Position numbers and translations under genes: made by a program
Assembly: GCA_030704615.1 (NCBI GenBank)
Contig: CM060732.1
Location: 34,472,001-34,536,000 of the forward strand
Reading direction: 5' to 3'
Source of the DNA: Takakia lepidozioides
Taxonomy: Eukaryota; Plantae; Bryophyta
DNA length: 64,000 nt
Shown here: piece by piece, positions 14,170-27,900 of the stretch
How the letters are laid out: the number at the start of each line of letters is the position of its first letter
How positions within the stretch are numbered: position 1 is the first letter of the stretch
Notes under the pieces: generated by a model
The model's database searches: none
What the model was told of the DNA's origin: nothing
The model's input: the letters and a program-made list of their open reading frames with translations, nothing else

Positions 14170-15638
14170 ATGGCTTTGTCGCAGGGAGCAGAACCGGCAA
14201 GGCAGAAGCGGCAACCAGTCGTCGGCCCTCAGTACTGCCTGTCATATCTAGCGCTGTTCACTGTGAGGAAAAAGGTACAGTTCTTCAGTCGGGGGGACTG
14301 GACCATCGAGGATGCCAGAGGGCACGTAGTTCTCAAGGTGGACAAGCGAAAGTTTCTCGATGCTGGAGGAAATAGAGCACTCAGCATGCAGAGGAAGGTT
14401 GGATAGAATCCCTTCCATGCCCACCACTACTAGCATATCATCGTGAGCAGGATACATATGTAGACCGCAGTTTCCACCTTTTCACCAAAAGGACCAAGCA
14501 AAAGGCTCGCAGCAAGACCTTTGAGTGTAACCTTTTTGAGCAGGCCTGGAATACCTGCTTCAAAGAATGTATGCAGCATATATACTGTGTTTTGTTAACA
14601 ATACTTGGAGGGTCAGCTTGTGTTACATCAGCGATTGAAGTCCTCCTCCTAATAATTGTCAGTCAGTGGGGTTGCAGTGTCTGGGTTCCCAAGCAGGTAC
14701 CCTGCATAGTGTCTGATGAGAATATAAGGCAAATTTGCAAAGGTTGTGTTGGTTGGACTCTCAAGCTGGAATCTGTAAGGTTGACCTAATACTGGGTGTG
14801 TGTAGTCCAGTTTATGTTTCAATGGTGTTTCTGGAAGGTTTGATGACTGGAGGTTTTGTGGACAGAGTGATGATCAAGCCCTTGTTTGTGAGAAGACGAG
14901 TCAAACTGTAGACTTGGTTTACAGTGGTAGATGTCTTACCACACCTTGCTGGGTCCTCCAGAGAGACAACGAATGGCATGTGTATGTGGGCACCAGCGAA
15001 CGCAAGATCTTCTCTGTGATCAAGGGTTCACTCCACTGGCGAAGTGTTTCTCCCCTCAAATCTTAACCGGCACTCTCCAGATTTCAAGGTCGAGAGCAAC
15101 TATTTGGAGAAGAATGTCACCATTTTCCAGGGATCACAACAAATTGCACAGGTAATGTAGTCACATATTGCAAGTTACTCTCATCCTCATGGAAGATGCG
15201 TTGGACAGACCTCTATTGTTCAAGGAGGGTAAAGTAGGTGAACCATATACCCTACCATTTGGGGATGCAAATGGACCCTTGGAGTGACAAAAGTTTTCGG
15301 ACCACTCAGTTGCTCACATTCCACTGCCGGCAGGATGAGCTCAGGTGAAACGTTATGTGTGCATGTGAATCTCTGGCATCAGACAGCATTTGAATAATGA
15401 TGGAGTCAGACTCCCTCAAGCCGGATGGAAGGGACTAACTTGAGGCACATATGTGGGTGTTTTGATGCTGGGACAGATGAGCCGGCATATGACATTCGCC
15501 AATGTTTTCCTGGGAAGACACACATTCAACTTGGCGCTTCTCCCCGGTGCAGACCATGCACTGGTCTTCGCCCTAATTGTGATCATGATGGAGGCAGGGG
15601 AAGATGGGAGCAGCATACCACCTTTCACTGGTGGATGA
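14170..15638 (+). pseudogene. LURP-one-related (DUF567/Tubby C-like) paralog, probably non-functional
   Basis: Same three-exon layout as the 17531 copy. Exon 1 is 24 nt shorter. Exon 2 (about 14962-15151, 190 nt) is frameshifted to TAA. The C-terminus is altered. Confidence 0.8.
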
Positions 15639-16305
15639 GTTGGTAAGATAAAAAACCTGGCCGCACCCAGGTAGTCACTTGCAAAGGTTTTAACTGGTCT
15701 GTCTCATTTTCCTCCCTCTCCTTCTCCCTCACCATCCAAACAACACAAAACTGGCTGCCTCTGACTGTAGACAGTTAACTGTAAATATTTTAAATGATAT
15801 AAATTGATTATCGTCTATAACATACGTGTTAAGAATTAGTAATAGCTCCCATCTATTGTTAAATGTAACTGAAATCAACACAGAAAGAAAGGGAGAGAGA
15901 ACTACAGCAACAGTAGAAGGATAGAGAAGTAGAAGGAGAGAGATACTTAAAGGGAAATCTCTGAGATGGTCCTCAATGGCAATGATTTTGAAGAATGTAT
16001 TGATTAGAGATGTTTCCCTTTCCAAAAAACAATTTTGAAAAAATAGTGATTGGTTTACATTTGAGCACATTGAGCTTTTCGCCACCCATAAAATTCGATT
16101 GTGCATACAGTCAGTGTGTTAGGATGAGGTTCTTTGGGTGGAGAAGTTCATTGTTGTTTTCTTCTGCAGTGCCACAACAAAAGTGACAAAGTCCATCATC
16201 ACAGAAACGACTATGAGAGATATTGGAATGCAGGTAGAGCGGGCTATGAAAACTTTTGATTGGAAAAACGATTTAGAAAGGTTTCAATTTTAAATTTTGT
16301 TTGCT

Positions 16306-16527
16306 AAGCAAAGTTATCATTAATGTTGACAGTTACAGAGACGTGGTCAAAGATGACTTTCAGTTAATGACTAGCTGAAGTAGTACATTTCTTGGAGAGA
16401 GAAGACTCCGGCCAAAGCAAAGTTATCATTAATGTTGACAGTTACAGAGACGTGGTCAAAGATGACTTTCAGTTAATGACTAGCTGAAGTAGTACATTTC
16501 TTGGAGAGAGAAGACTCCGGCCAAAGC
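16306..16527. repeat. Tandem direct duplication, 109-bp unit x2
   Basis: AAGCAAAGTTATCATTAATG...GAAGACTCCGGCCA starts at 16306 and again at 16415; the copies appear identical. Confidence 0.9.
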
Positions 16528-17530
16528 CAGGGTAACGAAGAGCCCCTTCACCTTGCAAAATTGCCTCCCTTCAAGGGTGGGCCCTCTAAGATCAGCGTAA
16601 ATTACTGCGCCGGTGAGGTAGCTTATGAAGTATTGTGTTTTAATTGACAGGAGCACAAGTATGAGCAATTCTCGCTTGAGCAAAATATATGGCGTCTATA
16701 GCCCGTTTGGGTATAGGGTTATTACAAACTCTAAACCCACCTTACTTCAATGTAAATAAGATTTGTATACTATTATGAAGGATGTTAGAAGTTCAAAGCA
16801 CCCAGAGAAAGTTTACTGGTCACAATTGTGTACACCTACATGGAAGATAAGAACAGTATATAGAGCTTGCAAGGGAATTATTACCTCTGCCTCCTCTCTC
16901 TCCTTGGCCTGCAGTAGGAAGGTCTTTTGTGCTGTACATTGGGATTTTTAGGGCTGCCAACACATGTCAACACAGGAGAAATAGCCCAGTAAAAAAAATT
17001 GAGCACCAATGAGGCTCAAGATTGCACACCAACATCCAATGGACGAGCCAGGGCCGTTGACGCCAAGACCCAATTCGCAAATGTGGAGGTTTGTATTGGG
17101 CCTTCGTCACAAGTTCCGCACCTTCTCCACGCGCTGTGTTTGACCGTCTGTGCCTCAACTCATCCCCGGGGCTTGTCCTACTAAGCTTACTGCACCTAAC
17201 GCCACAGATTACCCTCTTGCTATGAGGTGAGCGAGGCATTCCATAGACAGCTCGCAGACCGGGTTTTAAAAACATGTTCTTCGGGGATTTGTATCATCTT
17301 CATGTTGTGGAACTTCTGCATCTGTAATTGAGTGGATTTCTGTAGCAGCTTCAGAATTTATCAATTTTGATTCTATCTTTTCTGGGGTTTGGTTCCTTTG
17401 GCTGCGTATCGGTTGACAGGACGTACTGCTGCGAGACCCAGTCGAGCTGTAGAGATCCAATCGTCAGTGGCAAATTTTGGAAACGTTGCCAAGGATCAAG
17501 CATCCGTATCAGGCCCAGGGAAGCACTACC

Positions 17531-19167
17531 ATGGCTTTGTCGAAGGGAGCAGAACCGGCAAGGCCGTTGTGGCAACCAGTCGTCGGCCCTCAGTACTGCC
17601 TGTCATATCCAGCGCAGTTCACTGTGAGGAAAAAGGTACTGGCCTTCTCTAATGGGGACTGGACCATCGAGAATGCCAGTGGGAACGTGGTTTTTAAGGT
17701 GGACGGTCGAGCGATGAGCTTGCGTGAGAAACGGTGGCTTCTTGATGCTGAAGGAAATAGAGTACTCCGCATGGAGAGGAAGGTTGGATAGAATGCCTTC
17801 CAAGCCCACCACTATTAGCAGTTGATCGTGAGCAGCAGGATACAAATGTAGACGGCAGTTTCCAGTTATCTACGTTCTAGCTTTGAGGTGCACTCATCAA
17901 CTAAATTGATAACATTGTTAACTGTGGGCATGTTTGCATATATACATAGATGCTTGTTTGGGTTAGGAGAGCCATATGACTAAGCAATGAAAAGGCTCGC
18001 AGCACGACCTGTAAGTGTAACATTTTTTAAAGCTATAAAGCAGGCCTGGAAATCCTGCTTACAGAGAAGTCTACGCAGCATTCCATCCAGAATAAGGGTC
18101 AGCTTGTGTTACATCAGCGAGTAAATTACCCTCCTGGTAATGTTCACATAGTGGGGTCGATTGCAGTGTCTGGTTTGCCAAGCAGGTACCGTGCATAGTG
18201 GCTGATTCGCATATACATATAGTAAATTTTCAAAGGGCTTATTGGTTGGACTGTCAAGCTGGAATCTGTAAGGTTGAAGCAAAAGTAGGTGTGTGTAATC
18301 CAGATTTTGTACGTTCTCTGGTGTTTCTGGAAGGTTTGATGATTGGGGGTTTTTTGGACAGAGTAATGACCAAGCCCTAGTTTGTGAGAAGATGAGTCAA
18401 ACTGTAGATTTTTTTCTAGTGGGTAGGGGTCTTACCACTCTTTGCTGTTTCCTGCAGCTATTTTCCATACACAAGAAATGGCATGTGTATATGGGCACCA
18501 GCAAACAGGAGATCTGCTCTGTGAAGAAGTCGTCAGTGTTGCAGATCTGTACCTCCATGAACGTGTTTCTCCCCTCAAATCTCAACAGGCAATCGCCAGA
18601 TTTCAAGCTCAAGGGCAACTTTTTTGAGAGGAACGTCACCATTTTCCAGGGATCACAACAAATAGCACAGGTAATGTAGGCACATATTGCAAGTTAGTAC
18701 TCTCATCCTCAGGGAAGATGTGTTGGACAGACATCTATTATTCAAGGAGGGTAAATAGGTGAACCATATACTCTTCCATTTGGGCATGCAATTGGATCCT
18801 TGGAATGACAAAACTTCTAGTACCACTCAGTTGCCTTCACACTCCCCAGACATTCTACTGCCCCACCCAGGAAGAGCTCCGGTAGAATGGTATGTGTGCA
18901 TGTGAATCTCTGGAATCAGAACTTTGCAGCATTTGAATAATGATTCATGAAGGAGTCAGGTTCCTCGAAGCCAGACGAAAGAGACTAACTTGAGGCACGG
19001 ACGTGGGTGATTTGATGCTGGGACAGATCACTCGGCAGCTAACAGTCACGAATGTTGTCATAGGCAGAGACACATTTGGAGTTACGGTTCTCCCCGGTGC
19101 CGACTACGCACTGGTCTTTGCCCTCATTGTGATCATGGATGCAGTGTATTTACAAGATGCAAAGTAA
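17531..19167 (+). CDS. LURP-one-related protein (DUF567), 3 exons, 201 aa
   Basis: Exons 17531-17782, 18458-18670, 19027-19167 are in frame. Motifs VVGPQYC, FTVRKK, GDWTI...GNVVFKVDG, LLDAEGN, PDFKLKGNFFER, GRDTFGVTVLPGADYALVFALIVI. Confidence 0.92.
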
Positions 19168-20154
19168 TGGATTGCTCAATTTCTGGAAATCTGGCAGGCA
19201 ATCTGCATCACGGAAGATCCGACGCGACACCTCCCTTCCTTGAGTGACCTTCCATACAACATAGTTATGGGACCCATGGTTTTGTTTGCGTGTTCTAGTG
19301 GGGCCCTGCATGCAAAGTAGCAAGGAGCAGGCGGGGGAAGGGCACGAGAGCAAAGTCGTCCCCCGTCAAGCGGCGGTCCAAGTCCTTTACGCACACCAAC
19401 TTTGGTCCCAGGGATGTTATGAATATTGTAAAATGCATCTAGGGACAGATCTGGACGTTTTGCTTCCACAGGTTTCTGGGTTTGTAGTGTAAAGTGGCAT
19501 AATCAAGACAGAGCACCATTTTGGTGGGCCACTGAAAATAGTTGAGACCCACATGGATCTGGGTGTTACTTTTTACCGCCAACCATCAGTATAAGGATTA
19601 TGCATGGAAAAATCATCCTTATGCGCGCAAAAAGTGTAGTCAATTTGATGGCCCCTCATTTTACAATAATTGGGACGATATGGCGCATGCCCGAGCTGAA
19701 CGGTGGCCCCTGCACGGAGGCCTGGCTACCCCACCCGGACCCCAGCCGCGCCTGTTGCTGCTGCGGGCGCAGCACCCGCGGCCCACCAGCCGCACCCCTG
19801 GCCGCCGCGCCCCCAGTCCGCTACCCTCCCCCTCAGTCCGCCAGTCCGCTATGCACCCCAGGCCGCTGTGCCAGTCCCCTCACGTCCACCCTGCCAATCT
19901 ACCCGCAAGTCCGCTGCCCATGAGTCCGCTTTCCTCCAGTCCGCTGACGATGCCGCGTCTGGACCGTCCGTTCGTAAATCTCATCTGAGCCCTTTATTTT
20001 TAGGGCATGAATTCAAACCTTATCCCTGTCACTTGCTAGCAGCCACGATCATGCGCACTGGTGCTCCTTGCACGTTGTCCATCATGTCCAATGTGTTGCG
20101 GCACGTTTCTTGCAGGTTTTGAAGCGGGTCCTCTATACTGTACAGGGCATGAAC

Positions 20155-20471
20155 ATGGAAGCAAAAGGCGACGATATACTGAAAACGGGAAGCTGGATTA
20201 TACGGCCTCTTTGACAATGTTTGCAAACACCAAAACTAGGACCCTTCAACACGAAGGATCTCCATTGGAAGAGAGACACGCAATATGGTTATATGGGTGC
20301 GCGAGTGAATGTTCAGAAGGCCTGCATACCATGGCATAGAGTTGATGACTTTCTCCTTGGAGAGGAGAGTTTGGTGGACTACCCCACTCAATTTTGGGTG
20401 AATGCCCATACTATAGTGCAACCCGGCATGCTAAAAGGGTCGAGAGCCAACAGTTTTCTGAACAGTATTAT
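20155..20471 (+). pseudogene. SWIM/MULE-type transposase exon 1 (At4g13970/At1g60560-like N-terminus)
   Basis: QTPKLGPFNTKDLHWK...ACIPWHRVDDFLLGEE...PTQFWV...NSFLNSI parallels the plant family N-terminus (QNP...FS..DL.W...IPY.RVDDFVRGE..CPT.F.V). The first codons are disrupted. GT donor at 20472. Confidence 0.75.
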
Positions 20472-20530
20472 GTGTGCACCATGCTCATCGTCCTTTTTGT
20501 AGTCTGATTGCATCTCTGTTGCCATTTTTC

Positions 20531-20605
20531 AGAATGCAGCTACGGCGTGAGCCTAGCGTGAGCCCAGGAGCTCGGCTCACGCTTTGCCCTCTAAGCGTGA
20601 GCCCA
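20531..20605 (+). mobile_element. Left terminus of the inner element that carries ParB-MTase copy A
   Basis: AGAATGCAGCTACGGCGTGAGCC followed by further GTGAGCC/GGCTCAC motifs. Preceded by CCATTTTTC (20522-20530), whose reverse complement abuts the partner terminus at 33178-33186. Confidence 0.7.
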
Positions 20606-20749
20606 GGGGTTTAGTGGAGGAAGAAGCAGGCCCCATACCTGAGTCCTCTGTTTAGAGAGGGTCCTACTATCGTGGAAGCAGTTATAGCGCTTAAAAAAAG
20701 AGGTATAGAAAGAATGGAATGGTCATTGTGAAACTTAAAGAGGTTTTCT

Positions 20750-22110
20750 TATTGAAGAAGAGGTGAAAAAAAAAGGTTGGTGAGTCATCATGAATCTTAC
20801 TTAGGAATTCTTGCATGAACAAGAGGCAAGAAAAGTTTGGATGCTCGTTGTCAAGCTATTTGACGTTTCCAATATTTCATCCATGGTGGATGGATGATGG
20901 ATGGATGAAATATTGAAGAAGAGGTTAAAAATAATGAGGATGGGCAAGAAGAGGCCCCAAAATATAACCCCTCATTGTGAAATAGGCAATGGTTTTTGTT
21001 AATGTAGATGAGGTGAAAATTAAACAGATTGTCATCTTCAAGCTTATTTAGGCTTTGTTTGTGAAGAAGATGTGTAACAAAATGAGCGGTTTATTGTGGA
21101 ACTTTGTTCAGGTTTGTGTTATTGAAGATGAGGTGAAAAAAAAACACATGGTCATTGTGATTGCTTATTTAGGGTGTCTTTGTGAAGAAGAGGTAAAAAA
21201 AAATTGAGCTATCCTTGTGAAACTTGTTTAGGATTCTGTTATTGAAGAAGAGAAAAAAAAATCAGATGGTCATCATGAATGCTTATATAGGGTTTGTTTG
21301 TGAAGAAGAGGTGAAAAAAAAAGTTAAGCTCTATCATTGTCAAACTTGTTCAGGTTTCTGTTATTGAAGAAGAGGTGAAAAAAGAAATCAGATGGTCATT
21401 ATGAATGTTTATTTAGGGTTTGTTTGTGAAGAAGAGGTGAAAAAATTGAGCTCTCAATCTCAAACTTGTTAAGGTTTCTGTTATTGAAGAAGAGGTGAAA
21501 AAAAAAAATTGAGCTCTATCATTGACAAACTTCTTCAGGTTTCTGTTATTGAAGAAGAGGTGGAAAAAAAAACCAGATGGTCATCATGAATGCTTATTTA
21601 GGGAATAAATTAGGGATTGTTTGTGAAGAAGAGGTGAAAAAAAAACTTGAACTCTACCATTGTCAAACTTCTTCAGGTTTCTGTTATTGAAAAAGAGGCG
21701 AAAAAAAAAGTTGAGCTCTATCATTGTCAAACTTCTTCAGGTTTCTGTTATTGAAGAAGAGGTGAAAAAAAAACCAGATGGTCATCATAAATCTTATTTA
21801 GGGAATAAATTAGGGATTGCTTGTGAAGAAGAGGTGAAAAAAAAACTTGAGCTCTACCATTGTCAAACTTCTTCAGGTTCATGTTATTGAAGAAGAGGTG
21901 AAAAAAAACCAAATGGTCATCATGCATGTTTATTTAGGGTTTGTTTGTGAAGAAGAGGTGAAAAAAAAAGTTGAGCTCTATCATTGTCAAACTTCTTCAG
22001 GTTTATGTTATTGAAGAAGAGGTGAAAAAAAAACCAGATGGTCATCATGAATGCTTATTTAGGGAATAAATTAGGGATTGTTTGTGAAGAAGAGGTGAAA
22101 AAAAACTTGC
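20750..22110 (+). repeat. Tandem repeat of ~60-bp subunits (GAAGAAGAGGTGAAAAAAA core), probably once coding (IEEEVKKK)
   Basis: About 20 subunits in two alternating variants (..GATGGTCATCATGAATGCTTATTTAGGG / ..GAGCTCTATCATTGTCAAACTT). The same array occurs inverted at 43330-43720. Confidence 0.9.
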
Positions 22111-23495
22111 TCCCCCAAGTAGAGGCAAAGCGAAGAAGCGGGATGTGCTAGACCTCACCAGAGAGGTTGGGGAGGGTCATGCTCCCAAGAAAAGTGGCCC
22201 CAAGAAAAAGTCCGGTGTATTTATGAACAAGGACTGTAAGCTGGTTTTCGAGATGGACAAGGAAGTCATTCTTTGCCGCGAGATCTAGCAGTGAGTAGTA
22301 TCTGTTGGTCTTTTTTTTTTTTTTTGGTGAAGATACTAAGTCTGCTCAGCCTAGTCTCATGTTATTCTTTGCTTATCTGTCTTCTTATACTTTTCGGTTT
22401 GCTCAGTCATGTTAGTCTACTCAGTCCGATCTCCTTTACACAGTCTCTTGTTAGTGTCGGTCTTGGTGAGTCTTCACATACTCTTGACATAGTCTGGTCA
22501 GTCAGTCTGCTCGGTCTTCTTGTTTGGTCAGTCTTCTCGGTTGTCTGACAAGTGTAGGGGCCTTACCTCAGTCTGCTCTAGTCTGTGCAGATTGACTTCT
22601 TGATTTTGATAAACTACATCGTGATGAAGTGGATGTCGGTGGTTCTATGTTGCACTTTTATAAGGGGGACCCACGTTTTGAATGTGGAGTTGACCATGGT
22701 GACCTGAAGGCAATTAACAAGGTTGAGTCCGAGTGCACGGATAGACTGCTGCAACTATGGTGTCGCTTCTATGAAAAGTTGGCTGATTTGAAGGTGGTAG
22801 TTCTTCTGCCAACATGGACGTGGGCGGTGATGAAGATCCATTGGGAGGGGCCACGCGAAAGACTAGTGGATGACCTTCATGCTGCCTTCAACAGCGAGCG
22901 GCATGGCAAGGACCTAGAAGACTGCGAGTTTATTTGGCTCCGATTGGTGAAGAGTAAGGACTCCCCTGTGCCATCTCTTCTATCTGCTCAATTGGCTCAT
23001 GAATATGCTCAGTCCGCTCTGTTTGCTCTGTCTACTCTGTCCGCTCAGTCTCGTCAGTCCCCTCAGTGGACTGTGTAGAAGACCCAGTGTGTTGGGCGTG
23101 AGTGGACTGGACAGAAGACTGATGAGGGTGTCTGCTGAGTATGATGTGTATGTTGAGTCTATTGGCACTGCTTGGTCTGGTCAGTATTTCCCTTTTGTGA
23201 CGTAATGCTGCGTGATACCCATAGCAAGGGGCACTGGAGTCTTATATGCATCGACCTTCGGAAAATGTCCTACACTCACCTGAACTCTATCAAGAGACTG
23301 CATCGTGCTCCATTCATTATGCCATGGATTCGGAGGCTGCATGCCGAGTGCTTCGGCTACTCGCAGGAGGCTCTAGAGTGGCAAGAGGTTGTTTGTGCAC
23401 TTCAATTGCACCAACACGAAGTGCCAGAACAACCGTTCTGTGGCTTTTACGTCATGTCATTCATTCAATTTTTTTATGAATGGGTGAAATCGTGA
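22110..23495 (+). pseudogene. Ulp1/peptidase C48-like protease domain (transposon cargo), degenerate
   Basis: ...DCEFIW / KGHWSLICIDLRKMSYTHLNS ... VPEQPFCGFYVMSFI has the HW...CG spacing of Ulp1 proteases. The expected catalytic Asp position reads Asn. Confidence 0.7.
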
Positions 23496-24116
23496 GGAAA
23501 GGTTGACAAGAGTAAAAAAGCAGAGAGAGGAGTGCCTTTCACTGCGACCTAAATTTACTTATAAGTTTGCACTTGGCCAGCGACTACAATGTGCAAAATA
23601 TATCGTGCATGGTTTGGCATGTTAAGAGAAAGCTGGTAGATAGTTGTGAGGCTTGGATGTAGTGTTTGTACGTGTCATGTGAAGTTTTTGTACCGAAATA
23701 AAAAGTGCTTATACCTCATCCATTGGTGAATGATGAATATTGTTGATGTCTCTGGGCACTGTATTGTTTTGGTGAATGATGAATATTGTTGATGCCTTTG
23801 GGCACTGCATTGTTACTGCACTGTCAGTCTGCTATTTCGAAGACTAAAGAATATATGAAGAGTACATGTGAATGTATCCACCTGCAAAGTCAGTCTGCTA
23901 ATGGACACTCTAGTTTGAGCCGACATGTTACAAAACCATCAACAGACGGCTAAGAAGACTGACAGCAGGCTGCTGGGAAGACTCATTGGAAGCGGAGAGT
24001 CCTCCAGCCTGGCAGAGTCCGGCAGACTGGCAGATGGGATTGGGAACCATGAATCCTAGTGTGAACAGCATGTGTGGTGAGAGTCCACTACTCAGCAGAC
24101 TGTCGAGAGTCACCAG

Positions 24117-24864
24117 TGTCGCGGCCCTTTGCCTTGAGGGCAGGGGGTCGGGACACATCAGGGGCTGCCCCTGTGGTGGGGGCAGCGGCAGCGATAGGTA
24201 TGGGGGGGCTGAGGCACCCTTGAGTGCCCAAGGCACTCAGGGAAGCGGAGGCGCTCACTAGGTGGAGCCCCGCACACCGGGTTGCGGTGGGGGTGGCTCC
24301 ACAAGCGGTGGGGTTGGCTCCACAAGGGGTGGTGGTAGCTTAGTGGGACTTAGTGGGGGTGGCATAGGACTCACCATGGGGGCGGAGACCTCGTGGTGGG
24401 AGTCGTGGGGAGTCTTGGGACTCATCACGGTCCATAGGGGCCGTGGTGAGCGGGCCAAGACTCACCGCGACTCACCACCGGGAGTCGAGGGTTTTCGTGG
24501 TGGTTCGCCATAAAATGGCATGGCTGGTTGTGGAACCCCCGCGGACAGCTACAGAAGTATATATAGGGAGTAGTAACCCGAGAACGGTGCAAGCCCGTTG
24601 GTGACCAAAAACTAGTGAGTAAGCGAGCGAGCCGGAAAGCGACCAAAGAGTGGGGAGCTGTTCCGGACTGCCATCTACCAAAGGGAATTCTCCTAGTCCC
24701 AAAGAGGTGGAGGGTTTAGAAGGAAGCGAAGGGGGGACCGTTATGTCCCGGTGAGCAGCCGAAGCTCCAAGTTGGCCCGGGCGGCCAGGTTGGGAGTCAG
24801 GCGCGCGCATCAAAGCGAGTAACTATGACTTGAAGGGGAGCTTACCGGAGTGAGGTGCGCGACA
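24117..24864 (+). repeat. 5' LTR (748 bp)
   Basis: By eye it differs from the 3' LTR by one C/T substitution and one 1-bp indel. Confidence 0.95.
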
Positions 24865-24919
24865 TTTGGTATCAGAGCTTAGAGTTCAGTACGCGATCGT
24901 CCTTGGGATTGGCCTCATC

Positions 24920-27900
24920 ATGGGGTCGGGCAAGCCGAAGCGAAAGCGGAACGGCCCAAAAGATGATGATCCCGGTGAGCCCGATGGGGGCGACGTGTCA
25001 CCGAGGCGGCCGTTTGAGGAAGCGATGAATGTTTCCGAAAACGAGGCCGCTCAGGAGCGGGAGGAATCCGAGGAGTCGGAGCCCGAGGAATCCTTGAGAG
25101 CTCCGACAAACCAAGAGATGCCTCCCATGCCGGCAGCCTTTTGGGAAGGGTTGTTGGCGCAGTTTGGCGGGACGTTGAAAGACGTGTTGAAGGCGGCTAA
25201 TGCCACTTCCACTAAGGCAAAGTTTAAGGTGAAGCCTAAGGAACCCGGCACCTTCGAGGGCGTTCGAAACCGGAAGGCACTCAACACCTGGCTCCTGGAG
25301 CTAGAGCAGTACTTCCGGGCGGCCAAGTTGAGTGACGAGGATCGGGTGGAAGTGGCTCCCACCTATTTGAGGGGCTATGCTCAACAATGGTGGCAGAAAC
25401 GCCTTCACGACCGAGGCCCAAGCCCGGAAACCTTGAACTGGAGTGGGTTCAAGGAATTGATGAAGAGACAGTTTGTGCCCCTCAACGCGTCCTGGCTTGC
25501 CCGGGACAAGATGAGGAATTTGAAGCAAACAGATGACATTCGGGGGTACGTCCAGGCTTTCAATGTGCTGTTGCTCGAAGTCGCGGACATGGCAGAACCA
25601 GAAATGGTCTTCAACTTTGTGGCGGGACTGGCCCCATGGGCCAGGCGGAAGTTGGAGGAGAAGCCACCCAAGACTTTGAACGAGGCAATTGAGAGGGCTG
25701 AATGTTTCTCGGATGTCCCTAGGGGTGAAAGACAAGGCCGTACGGAGCTGAACCACAAGAAGACCCGGCGGGAAGGTGACTCCTTCCGACCGGAAAAGAA
25801 GTGGGATAGGCCACGCGGCGATAATGGCATGTGGAAATCGAAGGGAGGGCCTTCGTACGTCAAGGCGGCACCCGGTGCTCCGAAAGGAAAAGCGGGTGGA
25901 GCGGCTTATGGCGGACAGAAGGCGACCTTTGATGGAGTGTGTTTCAATTGCGGGGAGCCCGGGCACATGGCCAAGAAGTGCACGAAGCCCCGGCAATTGA
26001 ACATGACTCGGGCGACCACGGAGCTGTCAGAAGATACCATCAGTCGCTTGGTGGAAGCGGTAGTCGCCAGGACTTGCAAGGTAGGCAACTATTCTTGTGA
26101 GTTGTATCAGGAAACTGGCGCCCTGCGAAAAGGGAGTCAATTATTGTTCGTGGATGGGATAATATCCGGAACTAACGTGTCGTTGTTGGTGGACACAGGA
26201 GCGTCGCACTCCTTCATGACGCCGGTGGCGGCGCGAAAGTTGGGACTCCCGACAAGTGACGTGGGGGCCTCTATTGAGGTGCGCTCTGCCAAAGGAGAAC
26301 CTCAGTTGGCGACAAGGTTGGCGTTTGATGTTCCTCTTCAACTGGGGAGTTGGGAGGGACGTGAGAACTTCACTATCTGCGAGATCGATGGAGTGGATCT
26401 CATTTTAGGGATGACCTTTTTGAGCAAATCCGGAGCGGTCATAGATGGCCGCAAGAGAGTAGTCACGCTGCCATGTGGGAATGGTGGCGAGGTTTTACGA
26501 GTGTCGGAAACGCCCAAATCCGTGGGAGGGCGAATAAACCTTCTATCAGCAAAGGAGTGGGCCGTGGAGGAGGCACACGAGTCCCAGTTTTTGCTTTACA
26601 TTAGAGAAGTGAAAGGAGAAGGCGATGGGGAGCCGAGCCCAGATTGGATCAAGGGGATTTTGGAGAAATACCAGGATGTGATGCCGGAGGATTTACCAAG
26701 CGGCTTGCCACCGCGAAGAGGAGTTGACCACAAGATTGAGGTGATACCGGGATCGGGACCGCCTGCCAAGGCGCCCTACCGGTTGAGCCACAGAGAGTTG
26801 GTCGAGCTGAAGACTCAGCTCAAGGATCTAATGTCAAAGGGGTACATCCGGCCGAGTAAGTCACCTTACGGAGCCCCGGTGCTATTTGCAGACAAGAAGG
26901 ATGGGACGCTGCGGATGTGTGTCGATTACAGGGCTCTGAATAAGGTGACTATCAAAAACCGGTACCCTTTGCCAAGGATCGACGACCTCTTCGATCGGTT
27001 GGCAGGAGCAAAGTATTTCAGCCGGATCGACTTGCGCTCCGGCTATCACCAAATTCGGGTGGCAGAAGGAGATGAGGAGAAGACCGCGTGCAGGACAAGG
27101 TATGGTTCATATGAGTTCTTGGTGATGCCTTTTGGGCTCACCAATGCACCAGCGACATTTAGCACGCTGATGAACAGCCTTTTCCAGGAGTGGTTGGATG
27201 ACTTTGTGATCGTGTACATCGACGACATCTTGGTGTACTCAAAAACAAAGGAGGAGCACCTGGAGCACCTCAAAAGGGTGTTCCAAAAATTGCGAGAAGG
27301 GAAGCTGTATGCCAAAGCTTCAAAGTGCGAATTCGGGGTCACAAAAGTGGAGTTCTTGGGGCATGTGATTACACAGGATGGGATCAAAATGGATGACAGA
27401 AAGGTGAGGGCGATCTTGGACTGGGAGCCTCCGACTTCGGTCCCGGGAGTGCGATCCTTCCTAGGACTCGCCTCCTATTACCGGAAGTATGTGAGAAATT
27501 TCGCCAAGATCGCGGGGCCGCTGTCGGACCTTCTGTGTAAATCCAAAGTCTGGGTATGGAACACATTTTGTGGCCAAGCTTTTGCTGAATTGAAGCAGCG
27601 GATGACGGAAGCTCCAGTCTTGAAAATCCCGGAGTTCGATCGTCCGTTTGAGATTCATACAGATGCATCGGACTTCGCAATTGGGGGTGTACTTATGCAA
27701 GATGGACGTCCAGTGGCTTACGAAAGTAAGAAACTGAATGAAGTGGAGCGATGGTGGCCGACGCACGAAAAAGAGATGAAGGCGGTGGTGCATTGCCTTG
27801 AACTCTGGCGCCACTATGTTGGTTCCAACCCAGTGAAGGTGTTCACGGACAATGTCACGGTGAAGTATTTTGCCACGCAGCCCAAGTTGTCCCCAAAACA

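Noticed and set aside
20531-20546. TGC AGC TAC GGC read as transposase exon 2 (CSYG)
   Set aside because: Better explained as the element terminus (GCTA-N4-GTGAGCC); the true exon 2 is at 33110 on the minus strand and splices in frame.
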